The notes: generated from the letters alone by a model not told the origin. A stretch of DNA of 64,000 bases from Chrysomallon squamiferum (GCA_012295275.1 CM022675.1:8804001-8868000), one strand, 5' to 3'; counted from the first letter of the stretch, positions 1 to 26,718 are shown. Made by a program: numbers and translations.

Positions 1-11337
<11,337 letters not shown>

Positions 11338-11449
11338 CAAAAATTCTTTTTTTTTTTTTTTTTTTTTTTTTTTGTTTAACAAAACTAACTTTTGTGTACT
11401 AATTCATTCTTATAATCAATTTATATTTTCTTTTCATCCTTTTAAAAAA

Positions 11450-11482
<33 letters not shown>

Positions 11483-11712
11483 CGTTTTCCTTCTGTATCC
11501 AGTTCTCTATCTGATTTATCTCTCTCTACGGACATTTGGACAATTTTTTTTTTTAAGGCTTCCAAATACCCCCGAGAATATACAAGTTACTTATGGAGAA
11601 ACAAATTTGCCGGCACAAAATTATGTATGTAGTTATGTAATAGTGGATGTAACAAAAAGGCCAGTCACATTTAATTTATTTTAAAAGAAACTGAAATAAA
11701 TATGAAAGGCAA

Positions 11713-11766
11713 TGACGTCACTGAAGCAAAAATGACGTCACAAAAATGACGTCACAAATGAAGTCA
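11713..11766. promoter_or_regulatory. Cluster of CRE palindromes downstream of the ETS stop codon
   Basis: TGACGTCA at 11713, 11733 and 11747, plus TGAAGTCA at 11759. Function not shown. Confidence 0.35.
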
Positions 11767-12262
11767 GCTAAATTATTACATTATAATTATATTTAAAAAA
11801 CAACAACAGCAGAAAAATGTTTATATGTCACAAGAAGTAGTCTACTAATAAACACTTTTTCAACCAATCAGAAAACTGTTTGTGGTCACGTCTCAAGAGG
11901 GATTTAAATTATTCTACATATGATCTCAAATGTTTACTAAAACCCAAATAGATCATTTGCATTTATATTTTAGATAACACAATTTTCGTAATATCCTTTA
12001 CAGTCACTGACAGAAATTAATAATTATGAATACATTTGACCTTTGAACTTGACCTTCCATCGCGATGTCATTGGAAGCATACTTTGTAAATAAATGTCTC
12101 TTTTTTGTATAGATGAGAAATGTTTCTTTATTTATTTTTATATTTTTGCCTTCTGATAGCAACATTTGTTATAAATGTGTCAAGAGAAACTCTGGACATA
12201 TAGCTAATTAAGAAGTGAAAAAGTTAATTGGTAAAATGAACCTTTCAGACAATTAGATTTTT

Positions 12263-12296
<34 letters not shown>

Positions 12297-12464
12297 GTGG
12301 TAATGACGTCATAAAAATATTCAGAAATAGTACTGGGACATCATAAATGAAATAATAAAAATAATAATAATAATAACAATTGCAAAAGTAATAATATAAT
12401 GATTATTATGATCATTTATTTATTTATTATTGTTGTTGTTGTTATTTTTATTATTTTATTATTA

Positions 12465-12557
<93 letters not shown>

Positions 12558-13198
12558 TTACGTGTCCTCGCATCCTAAACCGATGTATTTAGATTTACGA
12601 TTATGTGTATAACTGTAACAGAAAGTTTACGTCATGACCTTTCCATATGACCTTCGAATATTTACATAAATCTAATATGCAGATTGACTTTAAGTACAAA
12701 ATTATTAATATTTTATTCTTTATTGTTTAAAAATGTTTTAATTATTAATGTATAAAATATTTATTTTGATTCTGATTTAATTTCGGAGATGTCTTTTCAT
12801 TAAGACATATAAATCTGGAGGAATCTCTGTCTCCTAATTTTTGAATATTTATGAAGCCAACGTTTGTAATTAATATTCATGAATTTTTAATTCATATACA
12901 GCATTGTATTATAGATAATAAATATTCATTAAAAAAACAAATGTATTATAGTTAATAAATATTCATGAGAACACTGTAACATAATTAATATTCATGAATG
13001 TTTTATAATCGATGTAGATGAGTTATGTACATGAATATTTAAGTTTATGATTTAAACTTGTATTGTTGTTTAAATATTGTTTTGTATTTACAAATTATCT
13101 ATATTCTAAAACTGCTCAGATTTTAGAATGATAAGACATTACAAATTAAAATGAAGAGATCTTGCCTTTGACCATATCTATCTTTCGCATTTCATTTC

Positions 13199-13271
<73 letters not shown>

Positions 13272-13902
13272 TTATCTCTCTAACTCTATTTAAAATTAAA
13301 AAAAATTCATAAATGGTTTTAATTAAAAGGTAAGCAATTAAACACCAGAAAATTAAAACAAGCGATTATCATAAATCGAATCTTTTCTTAAACTGGTATT
13401 TAAAATTTTAAAAGGCTTCTTTTTATTATTATTTCTTTCTTCTTCTTTGTTTTAATTACTATTTAATTTTAAACTTTCATTTTATTAATTTATTTAGTTA
13501 TTAGCACTGTTATTATTATTATTATTATTATCTCTAAGTATTTAATTTCGTTGCAAGCTCAACTTTTAATCGTCCTTTGGTCTAAGGGAGATAACTCTAA
13601 CATCACAAACCAAAACGGAAGCTGTTATTTTATAAACAAAAAAAATTAAATTATACTATATATATATTGTACATTTATCATGTGTTCATTTTATGTACTA
13701 AATTATGTAACACACATTATTATAATTTTATTTATATGAGTGTATGTATACTTTTTTGTTTATTTTTTTATTTTTTATATTCTGTTGTGTACAACCTAGT
13801 CATTTATTTCACAGGTTATTTTTAGTTCATTTACTTGTATGCAGTGATTCGAGGTTGGTGATATTCTAGTCCCGGCTGTTACATGCGATAATCTAAAATG
13901 TT

Positions 13903-13964
<62 letters not shown>

Positions 13965-14381
13965 TTTTTTTTTTAATTATTTGTCTTTTTCCGTAGCATT
14001 TTCTCTTTTTCTGATCTTTTATTACTTATCTGTCTGTCTGTCTTATGACTTATTTATTTATTTATTTATTTATATTTATTTATTTATTTATTTATTCAGT
14101 TATTTTCTTAATTGCTAAGATTACGTAAAACTTATATCCTTTTTCTCAGTATCCCAGGAAGTACTTATGTTTATTTTGTGTATTAATGAAAACGTGTTTT
14201 AGTCACCTTTTGTCAAACTGAATCTTTTTAAAATCAACACAGACGTGTTATTCATTTTTATTACTAAAGGGAGATAAACCATTTTCCAACAAGAGCAATA
14301 ATTCATTGGCTGATCCAGCGCTTATTTGCGAGGTGGGGGTGGGAATCTGACAGTATCGATTATCCATTACTGGTGGTTTAC

Positions 14382-14439
<58 letters not shown>

Positions 14440-15364
14440 TTACATCACCTCCAAATTTCTTTTAAATTTATTAATCATAGATTAAAAATCTAATTAAACA
14501 GAAAAGGGAGTGTACAAATAACTACATAAATAAACAACAAAATAATTTCTTTCTTTTCTGTATTATTTCATTTATATCTGAAGTAAATAATGTATGTATA
14601 TTTATGTGTATATTTATGTGTTATGTGTAATATACACTCTATGTATTTTACAGAATATGTGGATAAAAAAAAAAATATTATTTAAGGACTATTTATTGAA
14701 ATTAAAACATCGAGAATTATGTTTCAGTTTTCCGTGTTTGTTTTTCTGTTGTCGGTTTGATTTTATTAACGGAAACACGTGACACACGCACATACACACA
14801 TCTACACGCAACACAGCCCGGACATTGTCTGTCAGATAACAGCACAGACATTTGGATATTTGGATGGATATCATGATTTTTCGCGACAGAAAGGTCTGTA
14901 TCATTTTTTTTTATAGCTAATCTTTGCCAATGGTTGTGGCTAGTATTCTCGTTTAACAATAATTTTGGCTCTGTATTCCTTTAGAACGATCATTTTTCGA
15001 GTCCGCTGGTAACATTAAAAGTACCATTCAGACGTACATACAGACGCAACAAGAAGAAACACAAGATATATCTCTCCATGCAATATTTAAAAATGTTAGT
15101 TAGTATCAGAACACACGCCGATTTCTTTGTACTGAGTTCAGTTAGTACACAGTGGAGTCTGATTTGATTATAGCCTCGTTTCAAATTACGTAAGTTACGG
15201 GGTTTTGCGTTTTATTTATTAGGGTAATTTAAAACAGAAAACACAGGTAACAGAGTAAAGAAAATAGAAATTTTTAAAATTTATTTTCCGTAACCATTGC
15301 TAAATAAGTCAGTAACAAGAATAATAAAAATTCTGTGTAAAATAATTTATATGAAAGTAACAAA

Positions 15365-15945
15365 GGCGATATATCTCACTATAAAATATTATATATATTT
15401 ATAACAAATGCGATATATTTCAGTATAAACTATCATATATATTAATTAAAAAAGGCGATATATTTCAGTATAAACTATCATATATATTAATTAAAAAAGG
15501 CGATATATTTCAGTATAACTTTTATATAAATTAATAACAAAAGCGATATATTTCGGCATAAAATACTGTGCATTGTGTGTATATATTAATTAAGCGTTCT
15601 TTGTTGTGCTATTCAGAGTGATATATTTCAGTATCATGATTAAAATTCCAGTTAATAATGACATATTTTCAGTATTACGTGTTAAATGAATTCTGGTTCA
15701 GATATTCTGCATTTCATCGTAGCATGTTATATAATTCAGTATCAAATGTTCTGTATTTCAGTATCAAATGTTGTATATTTCAGTATTACGTGTTATATAA
15801 TTCAGAATCCGAGGTTCTATAATTCCCGTATCAAATGCTATACATTTTCATCGTTACATGTTATATATATTTCAGTATCAAATGTTGCATATTTCAGTAT
15901 TATGTGTTATATAATTCAGTATCAAATGTTCTATATTTCAGTATT
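15365..15945. repeat. Two related degenerate minisatellites in the GGT 3' UTR
   Basis: A ~45-bp unit (g)gcgatatatttcagtataaactatcatatat, five copies (15365-15560), then atttcagtatcaaatgtt-type units up to the GGT stop codon. Confidence 0.75.
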
Positions 15946-15952
15946 ATTTTTG

Positions 15953-17165
15953 CTAATATCCATCTACTAAACCGTTTTTCCTGTAGTCAGAATTTGCTGT
16001 CACTTCTCCTTCTTTCTTTTGGAAAACGGCTTGAACAGAGCAGTAATATTTAGGATACGGTTTTATTTCATGACCTTTGTCCTTCAACCCTTTAACGACG
16101 TTCTGAAATATAAACCCAGAATATTAATTAATATAGACAAGAAACATTATGCATGAAATATAAGTTCTCTTTATATCGATTAATAACGTAATTATAAAGC
16201 ATAAACGCTTGCTAAATATGATTTTATGTTTTATATTAATCTTTTGTCAGTCTTTAAATATAAGATTCCTTTTAAGTTTCTCGTTCCCTTAGACCTCTAG
16301 TGCCTGAAACATGTGGCTTAACCTATTTGACACATTACATGTATAGGATAAGTTATGATAATCCAATTTATGTTAATTAATACCTCTGGGAATCCGTCTT
16401 CTATTAGGGTGTACTCTGGAAAAAGCTGATGATGAATCCTTGGATAATCCACTGCCGCCTTAATCCCCTTGTTAAACCACAAAGTATTTATTAGTAGTCT
16501 GGAAAAAAAAAAAAAAAAAATACCAATGCTATAATAGAACCACACCGAGAACATCCGAACTATGCCGAGAATATCCGAAAAGCACCGAGACTACCCGAAC
16601 TACACCGACAGTTCCCGAAATATACTTACTAAAGCTACTGCGGTAATGATTCGGGTTCCTCCTGAGGCTCCTACCACCAGTACGACGTTGTCGTTGTCGT
16701 CAACAACGATAGTCGGGGACATTGAAGACAGTGGACGTTTTCCAGGTTTGATGAAGTTGGATGGTGATGCCGGAACTCCGAAGTAGTTTGTTGTGTTGGG
16801 CGTGGAGAAGTCGTCCATTTCGTTGTTGTAAACAATACCAGTTTCTGTGCCGACAATCTTGGAGCCAAAACTAAACAAAAAATAAATAATAAAATTAATA
16901 TTTAATTAATTAACTGAAATCCATTTACATAAATGAGGTTTGTGTCTGAAATGACAATGTTGTAACCAAAACTTTTAATTAATAAAAGAAAATGAATTAA
17001 TAGAATAAAACGACAGAAAAACAGATTCTTCACAGGCAAAACCTCTCGATCACCATGGCAACCTTAGAAAAAGAGTGCTCAGTAATCGAGAATTATCATA
17101 CCTTTCTTTGTCTTTCAAAAATATTTGAGTGCGTTTTTGTTTTATTTTTCCTATGTATGTAAGTA

Positions 17166-17207
<42 letters not shown>

Positions 17208-17254
17208 CATGAATGAATATGTGCATGCTTGAATGTAAGTATGTGTGTATGTAC

Positions 17255-17287
<33 letters not shown>

Positions 17288-19966
17288 TCTATGTATGTAT
17301 GAATGCAGATATATGTGTGTATCTATGTATATATATGTCTGTATGTAGTATGTATGTGTGTATGTAAGTATGTATATGTATATATGTATATGTACGTATG
17401 TATGCATGTATATGTATATGTACGTATATATTTAGCTATCTATATGTGTATGCTTGTATCCACGTGTGCATGTAGTCATGTATTCGTGTACCCATGCAAC
17501 ACGTGACTAATTTCAACCAATGAATACTCACAAAGTATTTATCGTTGACGTAACGGACACGGCGTCGCCATTTGGTCCCAGAAACGACAGGTGTGACGTG
17601 CCAGCGTCCTGCGGCAGGCTGAACGTCGGCCCGTAGTAGGCAGCTTTCTCCGTGCGTTCGTCGTTTATCCGAGATCTGATGTAGTCCCCGTATTCGGATG
17701 ACGTCAGGTTTTTAATCATCTGAATGGAAAAAAATAAAAAAAACAAATCCAGGATTTGTATAACGTCAATATAATCGAACAAATGAATGATTACCGTTTG
17801 ATGATGACTGATAAGACCATGATGATAATGGATGATGATGTTGATGATGGGGATGATGGTGGTGGTGGTTGTATTTGCGATGGGTGGTGTATGATGATAA
17901 AGAAAACAAAGATAATGATCTCGAATGATTGCGATGATTAATGATGGTGAAGAAAAGAAGAAGTCAATGATAGTGTTTGCTAATCATTAAGAAGATAGTA
18001 CAGTTAAAAGCAGAAATCGAAAACATTAACGATGATGATGATGATATAAATATTAATTAATATAAACAAACATCGATGATGTTGATGATGTCTCAGAAGA
18101 AACGAAATCTCACTTCTGTAATTTTGTCTTTGAATTCATCATTTTCAACATCCGGGTCACCTAGGGCGGATCTTTTAGCGAAAGCAAACTTGAATGCTTC
18201 AATAATTCGGTGATACGTCAATATGGATTTCTCTGACGTCAGCAAGTCGTAAGGCGTTATGTTATAACCTTCAATAATATACATTAATAAACAGATAGTG
18301 ACGTAAATATTTAAATATCTACATTAATAAACAGACAGTGACGTAAATATTTAAATATCTACATTAATAAACAGGTAGTGATGTAAATATTTAAATATCT
18401 ACATTAATAAACAGACAGTGACGTAAATATTTAAATATCTACATTAATAAACAGGTAGTGATGTAAATATTTAAATATCTACATTAATAAACCGACAGTG
18501 ATGTAAATATTTAAATATCTACATTAATAAACAGATAGTGACGTAAATATTTAAATATCTACATTAATAAACAGATAATGATGTAAATATTTAAATATCT
18601 ACATTAATAAACAGATAATGATGTAAATATTTAAAAATCTACATTAGTAAACAGAAAAGAAAAAGTGCTTAAAGCAAAACTTACCGAACCAATTTGAAAA
18701 AAAATCAAAATTTAGTTGAAGAACAGGACTTATGTCTTTATGTGTGGTGTGTGTGTGCGTTTGTATATGTAATGTATATAAGTACATATGTAGATTAATA
18801 CGTATATATGTGTGTGCATGTATGTATGTTTTTATGCATGCACTGGCTCATACATTTTTTTTATTTAAAAAAAATCATTTTCTAATTTTTATATCTAGGG
18901 ATTCGAGTATCTATATATGTTTGTGTGTATGTGAGTGTATGTACATACATATTTGTGTATGTACGTATGTATGCATGTATTATATCTATTTCTATATATC
19001 TATATTATATCTATATATCTATATCTATATTATATCTGTCTATTTATTTATCTATCTCTCTCTCTTTCTCTCTCTCTCTCTATATATATATACATACATA
19101 CATACATACAGATAGATAGATAGATAGATAGATAGATATGAATATTTCACGTCAACATATTACGTACCATTCAGAATGTTTAGAATAAACTGTGTAATGA
19201 GACCACCTGATGGGGGAGGCGGTGACAAAACCTTCATGTTGTTGTTGAGTTTGGATACCAGAGGTTCCTTTACTGAGGCAAAATAAGATTTCATATCAGC
19301 CTCTGTTATTATACCACCTGTAACACAAATATACACAAAATAAACACAAAATAACACAAAGTAAACATAAAGTAATAAAAATCAAGATAAAGTAAACACA
19401 AAGTAACATAAAGTAACACAAATAAACACGAAGTAATAATTATAAACATAAAATAACACAAATAAACATTAAGTAAGAAAAATAAACACAAAGTAACACA
19501 AGTAAACACAAAATAACACATGCAAGCATTAAATAAACAAAATAAACACAAAATAACACATACAAGCATTAAATAACCAAAATAAACACAAAATAACACA
19601 ATAACACAAATAAACCTAAAGTAACGCAAACATGAAGTAACAAAAATAACAAAGTAACACATTATGAACACAAAACCTACAACAGAAAACACCATAAAAA
19701 CAGATAATCAGAAAATAACACAAAATGTAGATTAACATAAATAAAAGGTTTTTGAATAAACACAAAAATAACAATAACAAAAAGAGAATGACATAAATAA
19801 ACATAAAGAGGCAAAGAAAATAAAACAAGTAAACACAAAATAAACACAAATATCTAAAAAAAAAAAAATTTTATTATGAGGAAAGGAGGGCCAGAAGCAG
19901 TAGTAGTAGTAGTAGTAGCAGTAGTAGTAGTAGTAGTAGGAGTAGTAGTAGTAGTAGTAGTAGTAA

Positions 19967-20034
<68 letters not shown>

Positions 20035-20055
20035 AGTAGTAGTAGTAGTAGTAGC

Positions 20056-20092
<37 letters not shown>

Positions 20093-20154
20093 AGTAGTAG
20101 TAGTAAGAGTAGTAGTAGTAAGAGTAGTAGTAGTAATAGTAGTAGTAGTAGTAA

Positions 20155-20200
<46 letters not shown>

Positions 20201-20682
20201 TGTTGTTGTTGTTGTAGTTGTAGTAGTAGTAGTAGTAGTAGTAGTAGTTGTTGTTGTTGTAGTCATTGTAGCACTGCTAGCAACTGTTGTAGTACTAATA
20301 GTAGTATCAGCAACTGTAGCAATAATAGCAGAAGAAGTAATAGTCATAGTAGTAGTACCAATAATAGTAGCAGCAGTAACAGTGATAGCAGACGTAGTGG
20401 TAGTCGCAGTAGTGGCAGCAGTAGAACAATAGCAAGGGCAACAGCAGAAGTAGTACACGTACCTGCATCTTTTATTTCTTTGACTATTTTAGTGGCTAAA
20501 CTTCCGTTGTAAAATGTCTGGTACCCTTCAGTCGCGATAATTCTTAAAGTTTTCGCATACTTTGGTCTTCGTACTTTTTCGCCTACTTTGTAGTACTCGT
20601 TAGTTTCCGGATTTGTGAGCAAATTTCTAAAAACAACGTTTTAAAGCGTTAATTTAGTTAATCGTTCTAATATATTCTTATC

Positions 20683-20769
<87 letters not shown>

Positions 20770-21825
20770 TCTCTCTCTCTCTCTCAGCTACGAACATATT
20801 ATTTAATTATCATAATTTATTATAAACTTAGATATTTAACCACAGTGAAAATTTTATCACAGACTAACATCTAGAAAAAAAAAAAAAAAAAACCTCTGCC
20901 ACAATCACTTGCAATAATTTTATCAACAGCTACTAGGAATCTTCAAACAAATATTAAAAACACATACTAAAGACTTTCTAAATTTCAAACTACAAGACAC
21001 TGGGAAATCGTCGGAAAGACAAAGAAGAAATCGAAGCTTCACCTCAAGTTAGGATGTCTGTCTAAGTAACCAGCTTCTTGTATACCCTTCATTGCTTCCC
21101 AGGCGGGGTACTCCATTGGAAAACCTTCCTCGCACAGTTTGATAGTTGGCTGGAAAAGCTCGATCCAAGGGAGCTTACCGCCGATCTTGTGCGCCTCCCA
21201 AAATCCCATTATCTCCCCTGGTATGGCAATAGCTAGGCCGCCTAATGGGGAAAGAAAAGGAAACTAATTTATGTAAATGAATTCTAATATTGTGTAGCGA
21301 AACCTAACGACATATATATTGTATTAGGTTACTAGGTAAGAAAGGAAAATGGCAGTACTTGCTTTATTACGATTATTTTTTTATTATTAACAAAGTTTGG
21401 TACTGTAACTGTATTATAAAATAGAATAATGATTCTTTGTAATTAGCAAAGTTTGGTTCTCTAACTATACAAAGTTTGGTTCTCTAACTATATTCTAAAA
21501 CAGAATAATTATTCTTTATTATTAAAAAAGTTTGATTTTGTAACTATATTTCTAAACTGAATAATCTTGTTTTATTACGATTATATTTTGTTATTATTTG
21601 CAAGATTCGGCTCTGTAACACTGTAAATTAAAACAATATTGTAGTATTATTTTATTATTAACAACGCTTGATTTCCTAAACAATTATTTTTGTAACTATA
21701 ATTACTATTAAAGAGAATAAGTTTTTTTTATAAACATGATTATACATTATTACTGGCAAAATAAAGTTTTCTGAAATCAAGAGTATGAAAAGGAATACCT
21801 GTATTATGATTGTTGTTTTTTATTT

Positions 21826-21860
<35 letters not shown>

Positions 21861-22207
21861 TATTAATATGATTTTTTTTTTTTTCTCTTTTAAGCTAAGG
21901 CTAGTTTTTAAAAACATATTCTGAAAATAAAAATAACCTAGCGACAATGAGATCGTGTTAAGGTTTAGAAAAGAACGTAATTTTCATACATAGCTGTTAA
22001 TGCATCACAACATGTAAATAGTTGGGGTGGGCCATAAAATCTCATAACACATTTCCTTTCAGTGAAAGCTGTGTATATATATAAGTGCACTTTTCTAATG
22101 TGCTAATATTTTTTTTATCTGTCGCATCAGCGTAATTACCTATATGACTAACATTTTTGTGTAAATACTGAATTACGTCACCTGATACTACTGCCATACG
22201 ACACTTT

Positions 22208-22238
<31 letters not shown>

Positions 22239-22869
22239 AATATTAAAATTAACCTGACTTTCAAAGGGACAGGTTTTCATTTTTTTTTAACTTTTAACAC
22301 CTAAAACGAAATAACGCTGAGTTCATTAAGGTGACGTTTCTGGAATTTTCCACGAAAGATTTTTCTGACAGGGGGTTGGAGGGTTGGATGAGGGATGAGG
22401 GATGTATTTGGGGTTTTTTCTTACCCTCCAAGCTGTTGTTGTAGCCGGTGAGGCCCACGTACATGTTCTCCGAGGCTGCTGCTGGTGCTTGCTCACGTGC
22501 CATGATGGCGTGAGTTTTCTTCGTGGATCTGTTTTTAAACAAAATGAGAAAATTTTACTCGGAAAGGGCGAGTGCGCTTGAAAGTACGAATGAGTGTGTT
22601 TGTGAATATCAGCATGGGCATGAATGTACAAGTTTGTATTAATGTTTGTATGGATGGATGGATGGATGTAAGTTTTTTTAAGTATATAAAAATTACCTCT
22701 TGTGGAGAATCATAAAATGGCCGCCTCCTATGCCATTCGATTCGAAAGTTACCGCCCCTGCACATAACACTGTTGCTATAGCAGCGTCTACTGCAGAGCC
22801 TCCTTTTCGTCCCATTATTTCACTTTCGGGAAAAAATTAAAAATAAATATTACAAACAACAAATGTGAC

Positions 22870-22906
<37 letters not shown>

Positions 22907-23028
22907 TAACAATAAAAATAATAAGAGTAGTAATAATAATAATTATAATGATAACAATAACAATAAAAAAAAAATGAGAATAATAAGAATGGTAATAACA
23001 TTAGCAACAACAACAACAACAAAAAAAA

Positions 23029-23077
<49 letters not shown>

Positions 23078-23459
23078 CTTACAACAACAAAAAAAACCAG
23101 CAAGAAATTCTTGCTACTTACATGCCTACTCGTGAACAGGAGGTCGTTTTTGTGGAGACTGCGGCGTATCTGTAATGTCCTTCCTCTCCTGGCGAAGGGG
23201 TCGGTCCAGGGACGGTAGTGGTGCCAGGGATGGGGGCCTTGGTTGTGTACACGCCTTCGTCGCTCACCGCACAGGGGCTGTTCCTGACAGTCTGGGCGGC
23301 GTTCATCCCTAGAACGATCCCGACAATCAGCGCGCAGATGCCCCCCAGGAACATGACAACAGACAGAATGACAACGAGTCTGTTTGGAGACGAAACCATC
23401 CTGAAAGGGAAATAGGCAAAATTATTATTGTTATTGTTATTATTATTATTATTATTATT

Positions 23460-23498
<39 letters not shown>

Positions 23499-23608
23499 AT
23501 TGTTATTATTATTAATATTATTGTTGTTATTATTAATACTATTATTATTGTTATTATTATTATTGTTAATATTAATACTACTATTATTATTAGCATTTAT
23601 TATTATTA

Positions 23609-23651
<43 letters not shown>

Positions 23652-23793
23652 CTCATAGCACCATCATTATTATTACTGTTGTGGTTGTTGTTATTGTTAT
23701 TGCTATTATAATTATTATTATTATTACTACTACTGTTATAAATGTTTTTTATTGTTATTATCGTCATTGTTGTTATTATCATTGTGTTTATTG

Positions 23794-23838
<45 letters not shown>

Positions 23839-24931
23839 GTCAAAATCATCATCATTAGTAGTAGTAGTAATTGTAGTAATAGGAGTAGTAATATTAGTAT
23901 CATCATCATAATCATCGTTATTATTGTTATTGTTTTTGGTATTATTGTTGTGCTGTTCCTTTTGCTGTTTTTTTTTTGTTACGTTGTTATGATCACCATC
24001 ATCATCTTTCTCCTTCTCCATCATCATCCTTTTCATTCTCGTTTTATTCAACGTGATTTTAAAACTAAGCCATCCCGATAAAAAAAACTGAAGTAACCGT
24101 AATTTTTTGTACTTAAAAGATTGTTATTTTATCGTCTGGGACTATCTATCACGGGTTAAGAACAAAATACGTCGCCATTTTGTTCCTTCAGAACCGGGGG
24201 TCGAAATGTCATCGCGTGCAGAGTGGAGTTTCAAATATACATTTCAGACAGCACTAGAAGGTAACTTCAGAGTAAATCATCACTCTGCGCGGTGAGGTCA
24301 TTTACAAAAGAAAAATGGCCGCCGTCGCGATATGTTTTAAAGTTGTACTTCGTTATTATTTACGATTTCAAAAAAAGAGGTCGTTACAACAGCAAAAAAA
24401 ATGGCTGTATTCGTGATTTATTTTAAAGTTGTACTTCATTATTATTTACGATTTGAAATAGAAAAAAAAAGAAATAAATAAAGAAAAAAGAAAAAAGACA
24501 AAAAAAGAAAAATCCAGAAGACATAAATAATTTCTGACCATGCATTCTCTAATACATTTTTCATTTTTATTTTATTAAATTATTTTAATTCTTCTTTTTT
24601 AAATTTTCCATTAGTTTTATTTCCTTTTTTTTTCTGTTATTAATCTTGTAATCTTTCAGTTCAGTGCTGTTTAAACTTGGATGTGTCTATACCTGTGTTT
24701 TGAATGTGTGTGCGCACACATATATTTTAACTGAAGCACAATCTACACCACATCACTGAATAATTTTACAAATGCAGCAGAAAAAGAAAAAAAAATGCAA
24801 ATACATATAGATACATATATGCATAAGTAACCATGCAAACACATGCATATGCCACATATACTACAGACAGTAATGCAGTTTACTCACTTGCTTTTTTCCA
24901 AGTCGTAGTTAGTGATGTCGTCAGCAGTCAT
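15953..24931 (-). CDS. GGT1: Gamma-glutamyl transpeptidase / glutathione hydrolase (GGT1-like), type II membrane protein, 12 coding exons, about 637 aa
   Basis: Exons (minus): 24931-24888, 23400-23122, 22822-22697, 22528-22425, 21241-21043, 20626-20463, 19317-19168, 18268-18114, 17719-17532, 16870-16630, 16498-16384, 16102-15953. All introns are GT-AG and phases match, except for a 1-nt surplus at the start of exon 11. Motifs: N-terminal TM anchor, [25 protein letters not shown], catalytic G|[47 protein letters not shown], and C-terminal [12 protein letters not shown]. Confidence 0.95.
16543..16621. repeat. 10/20-bp periodic CCGA repeat in short GGT intron 10
   Basis: CCGA recurs every 10 bp, eight times (accgaga acatccgaac tatgccgaga atatccgaaa agcaccgaga ctacccgaac tacaccgaca gttcccgaaa). 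Confidence 0.8.
18281..18655. repeat. 40-bp minisatellite, about 9 highly similar copies, abutting the GGT exon 8 acceptor
   Basis: Unit acattaataaacagatagtgacgtaaatatttaaatatct. Confidence 0.95.
19321..19850. repeat. Degenerate ~10-11-bp A/C-rich repeat abutting the GGT exon 7 acceptor
   Basis: Repeated aaataaacaca / aaataacaca / aagtaacaca units starting at the acceptor. Confidence 0.75.
19897..20265. repeat. (AGT)n/(GTT)n microsatellite block, representative of dozens of (CT)n, (TTA)n, (TCTA)n and (CA)n tracts in the window
   Basis: Directly visible. Other large tracts lie at about 2380-2690, 3860-4280, 4760-4920, 7915-8545, 23420-23840 and 53430-53582. Confidence 0.95.
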
Positions 24932-25375
24932 ACTACTTGGACTGGCCAGGGGAATATGATTTAAAAACAGTTTCTTTCTTCTTATATCTATTCAGGTCGG
25001 GGTCCGTTGTCCTCGAAAACAGCACTTTTGAGAAGCGCTTTCCTTGGTTCAGTAATAAAATACCCGTTCAGCCGAGTGCAAAAAAGGTCAATGATTCATT
25101 CAACCACCCTGAAAATATTGTATTTTTATCGGCACAGCGAACGCGACACGGCTACTAATCATATTCCAGACCCACCAGACAAGAAAGATAGGTAAACCTA
25201 GGGATGTTTTTTTTAAATATTGGAGAAGGAGCGACAAACAGAGGGTCGGTCGGGCACAAACGGCGAGAAAGACAAGAATACACTGATGAAGGAACGAGTG
25301 AAAGAAGTTAACCCTTATTTTAATAAAGAAACAAAAGAAATATAAACATTTGAAAACATTAACCCTAATTTTAAT

Positions 25376-25406
<31 letters not shown>

Positions 25407-25702
25407 AACATTTATAAACATTTAAAAAAAAAAAAATAAAATAAAAATAAAAATGTAGACGGTTAAACTAAATATAATTGTATCTAGCTATAATTTATGA
25501 CGCGGTGTAGAAAAGATATCATAAACACAGCTTCACAGCTTTGCATATTTACCTAATAATACAAACAGAAAGACGAGTTAGTTTTTGTAAGTGAGATGTG
25601 ATATATAAGAGAAGCAATCTGATCCATGGAATAAAAATGTGTTTACTTAGTCTGAATATCTTCATGTTTAACCTGGGGAAAAAAAAAAAAAAAAATACAC
25701 AA

Positions 25703-25938
<236 letters not shown>

Positions 25939-26079
25939 TTCCCTTAGAATGTTAAAATTAAAATTAAGTTGTCCGGAAAGTTCAAAAATAAATAAACAAG
26001 AATAAGTATTAAAAATTAAATATACTAACAATACAAGCAAGAACGAAATAAAGAAAAATAATAATGTGTGTGTGTTTGT

Positions 26080-26149
<70 letters not shown>

Positions 26150-26668
26150 TGTTAGTATATTTGATTTTATAACACAAATATCTTAGGTTAAAATGTCTTG
26201 GTAATTATAATTATATTTAATGCTCTTGGAAGTCATTACCTTAATGCATACTTTTAACTGATCACATAAACAGTGCTAATTGTTAATTAAGCATGTCAGA
26301 AATACAAATAGGTATTTCACAAAACGAAATAATGAATAGGTTTTAATTAAGCTGCGATTATGATTGCTGTTTTCCACGTCTGTAACGAAACTATATCTTA
26401 ACAACGTATTAACTTCATTCCGTTGTCGCATATAAAGTTTTATTAACCACATAAATAATGAGACGGAGGCCATCGAAATATAAAACTACAGTTTTGGTTT
26501 TGTCGGTCACAGATTACGTAACTGTGCAAGAGTTTTGTAATTTATAGTGTCACCAGTTACTTTTTCATCTGTGCGGGTATGTAGGCATTTCGTTTTATTT
26601 TAGAAATAGCTTCGTAATATATGTCAGATCGTTAAATATTAATTTTGAATAGAATGATGATGATGATG

Positions 26669-26718
<50 letters not shown>

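Noticed and set aside
18281-18655. Regular 40-bp array as a CRISPR-like locus
   Set aside because: Head-to-tail repeats without unique spacers, in a eukaryotic intron, with no cas genes.
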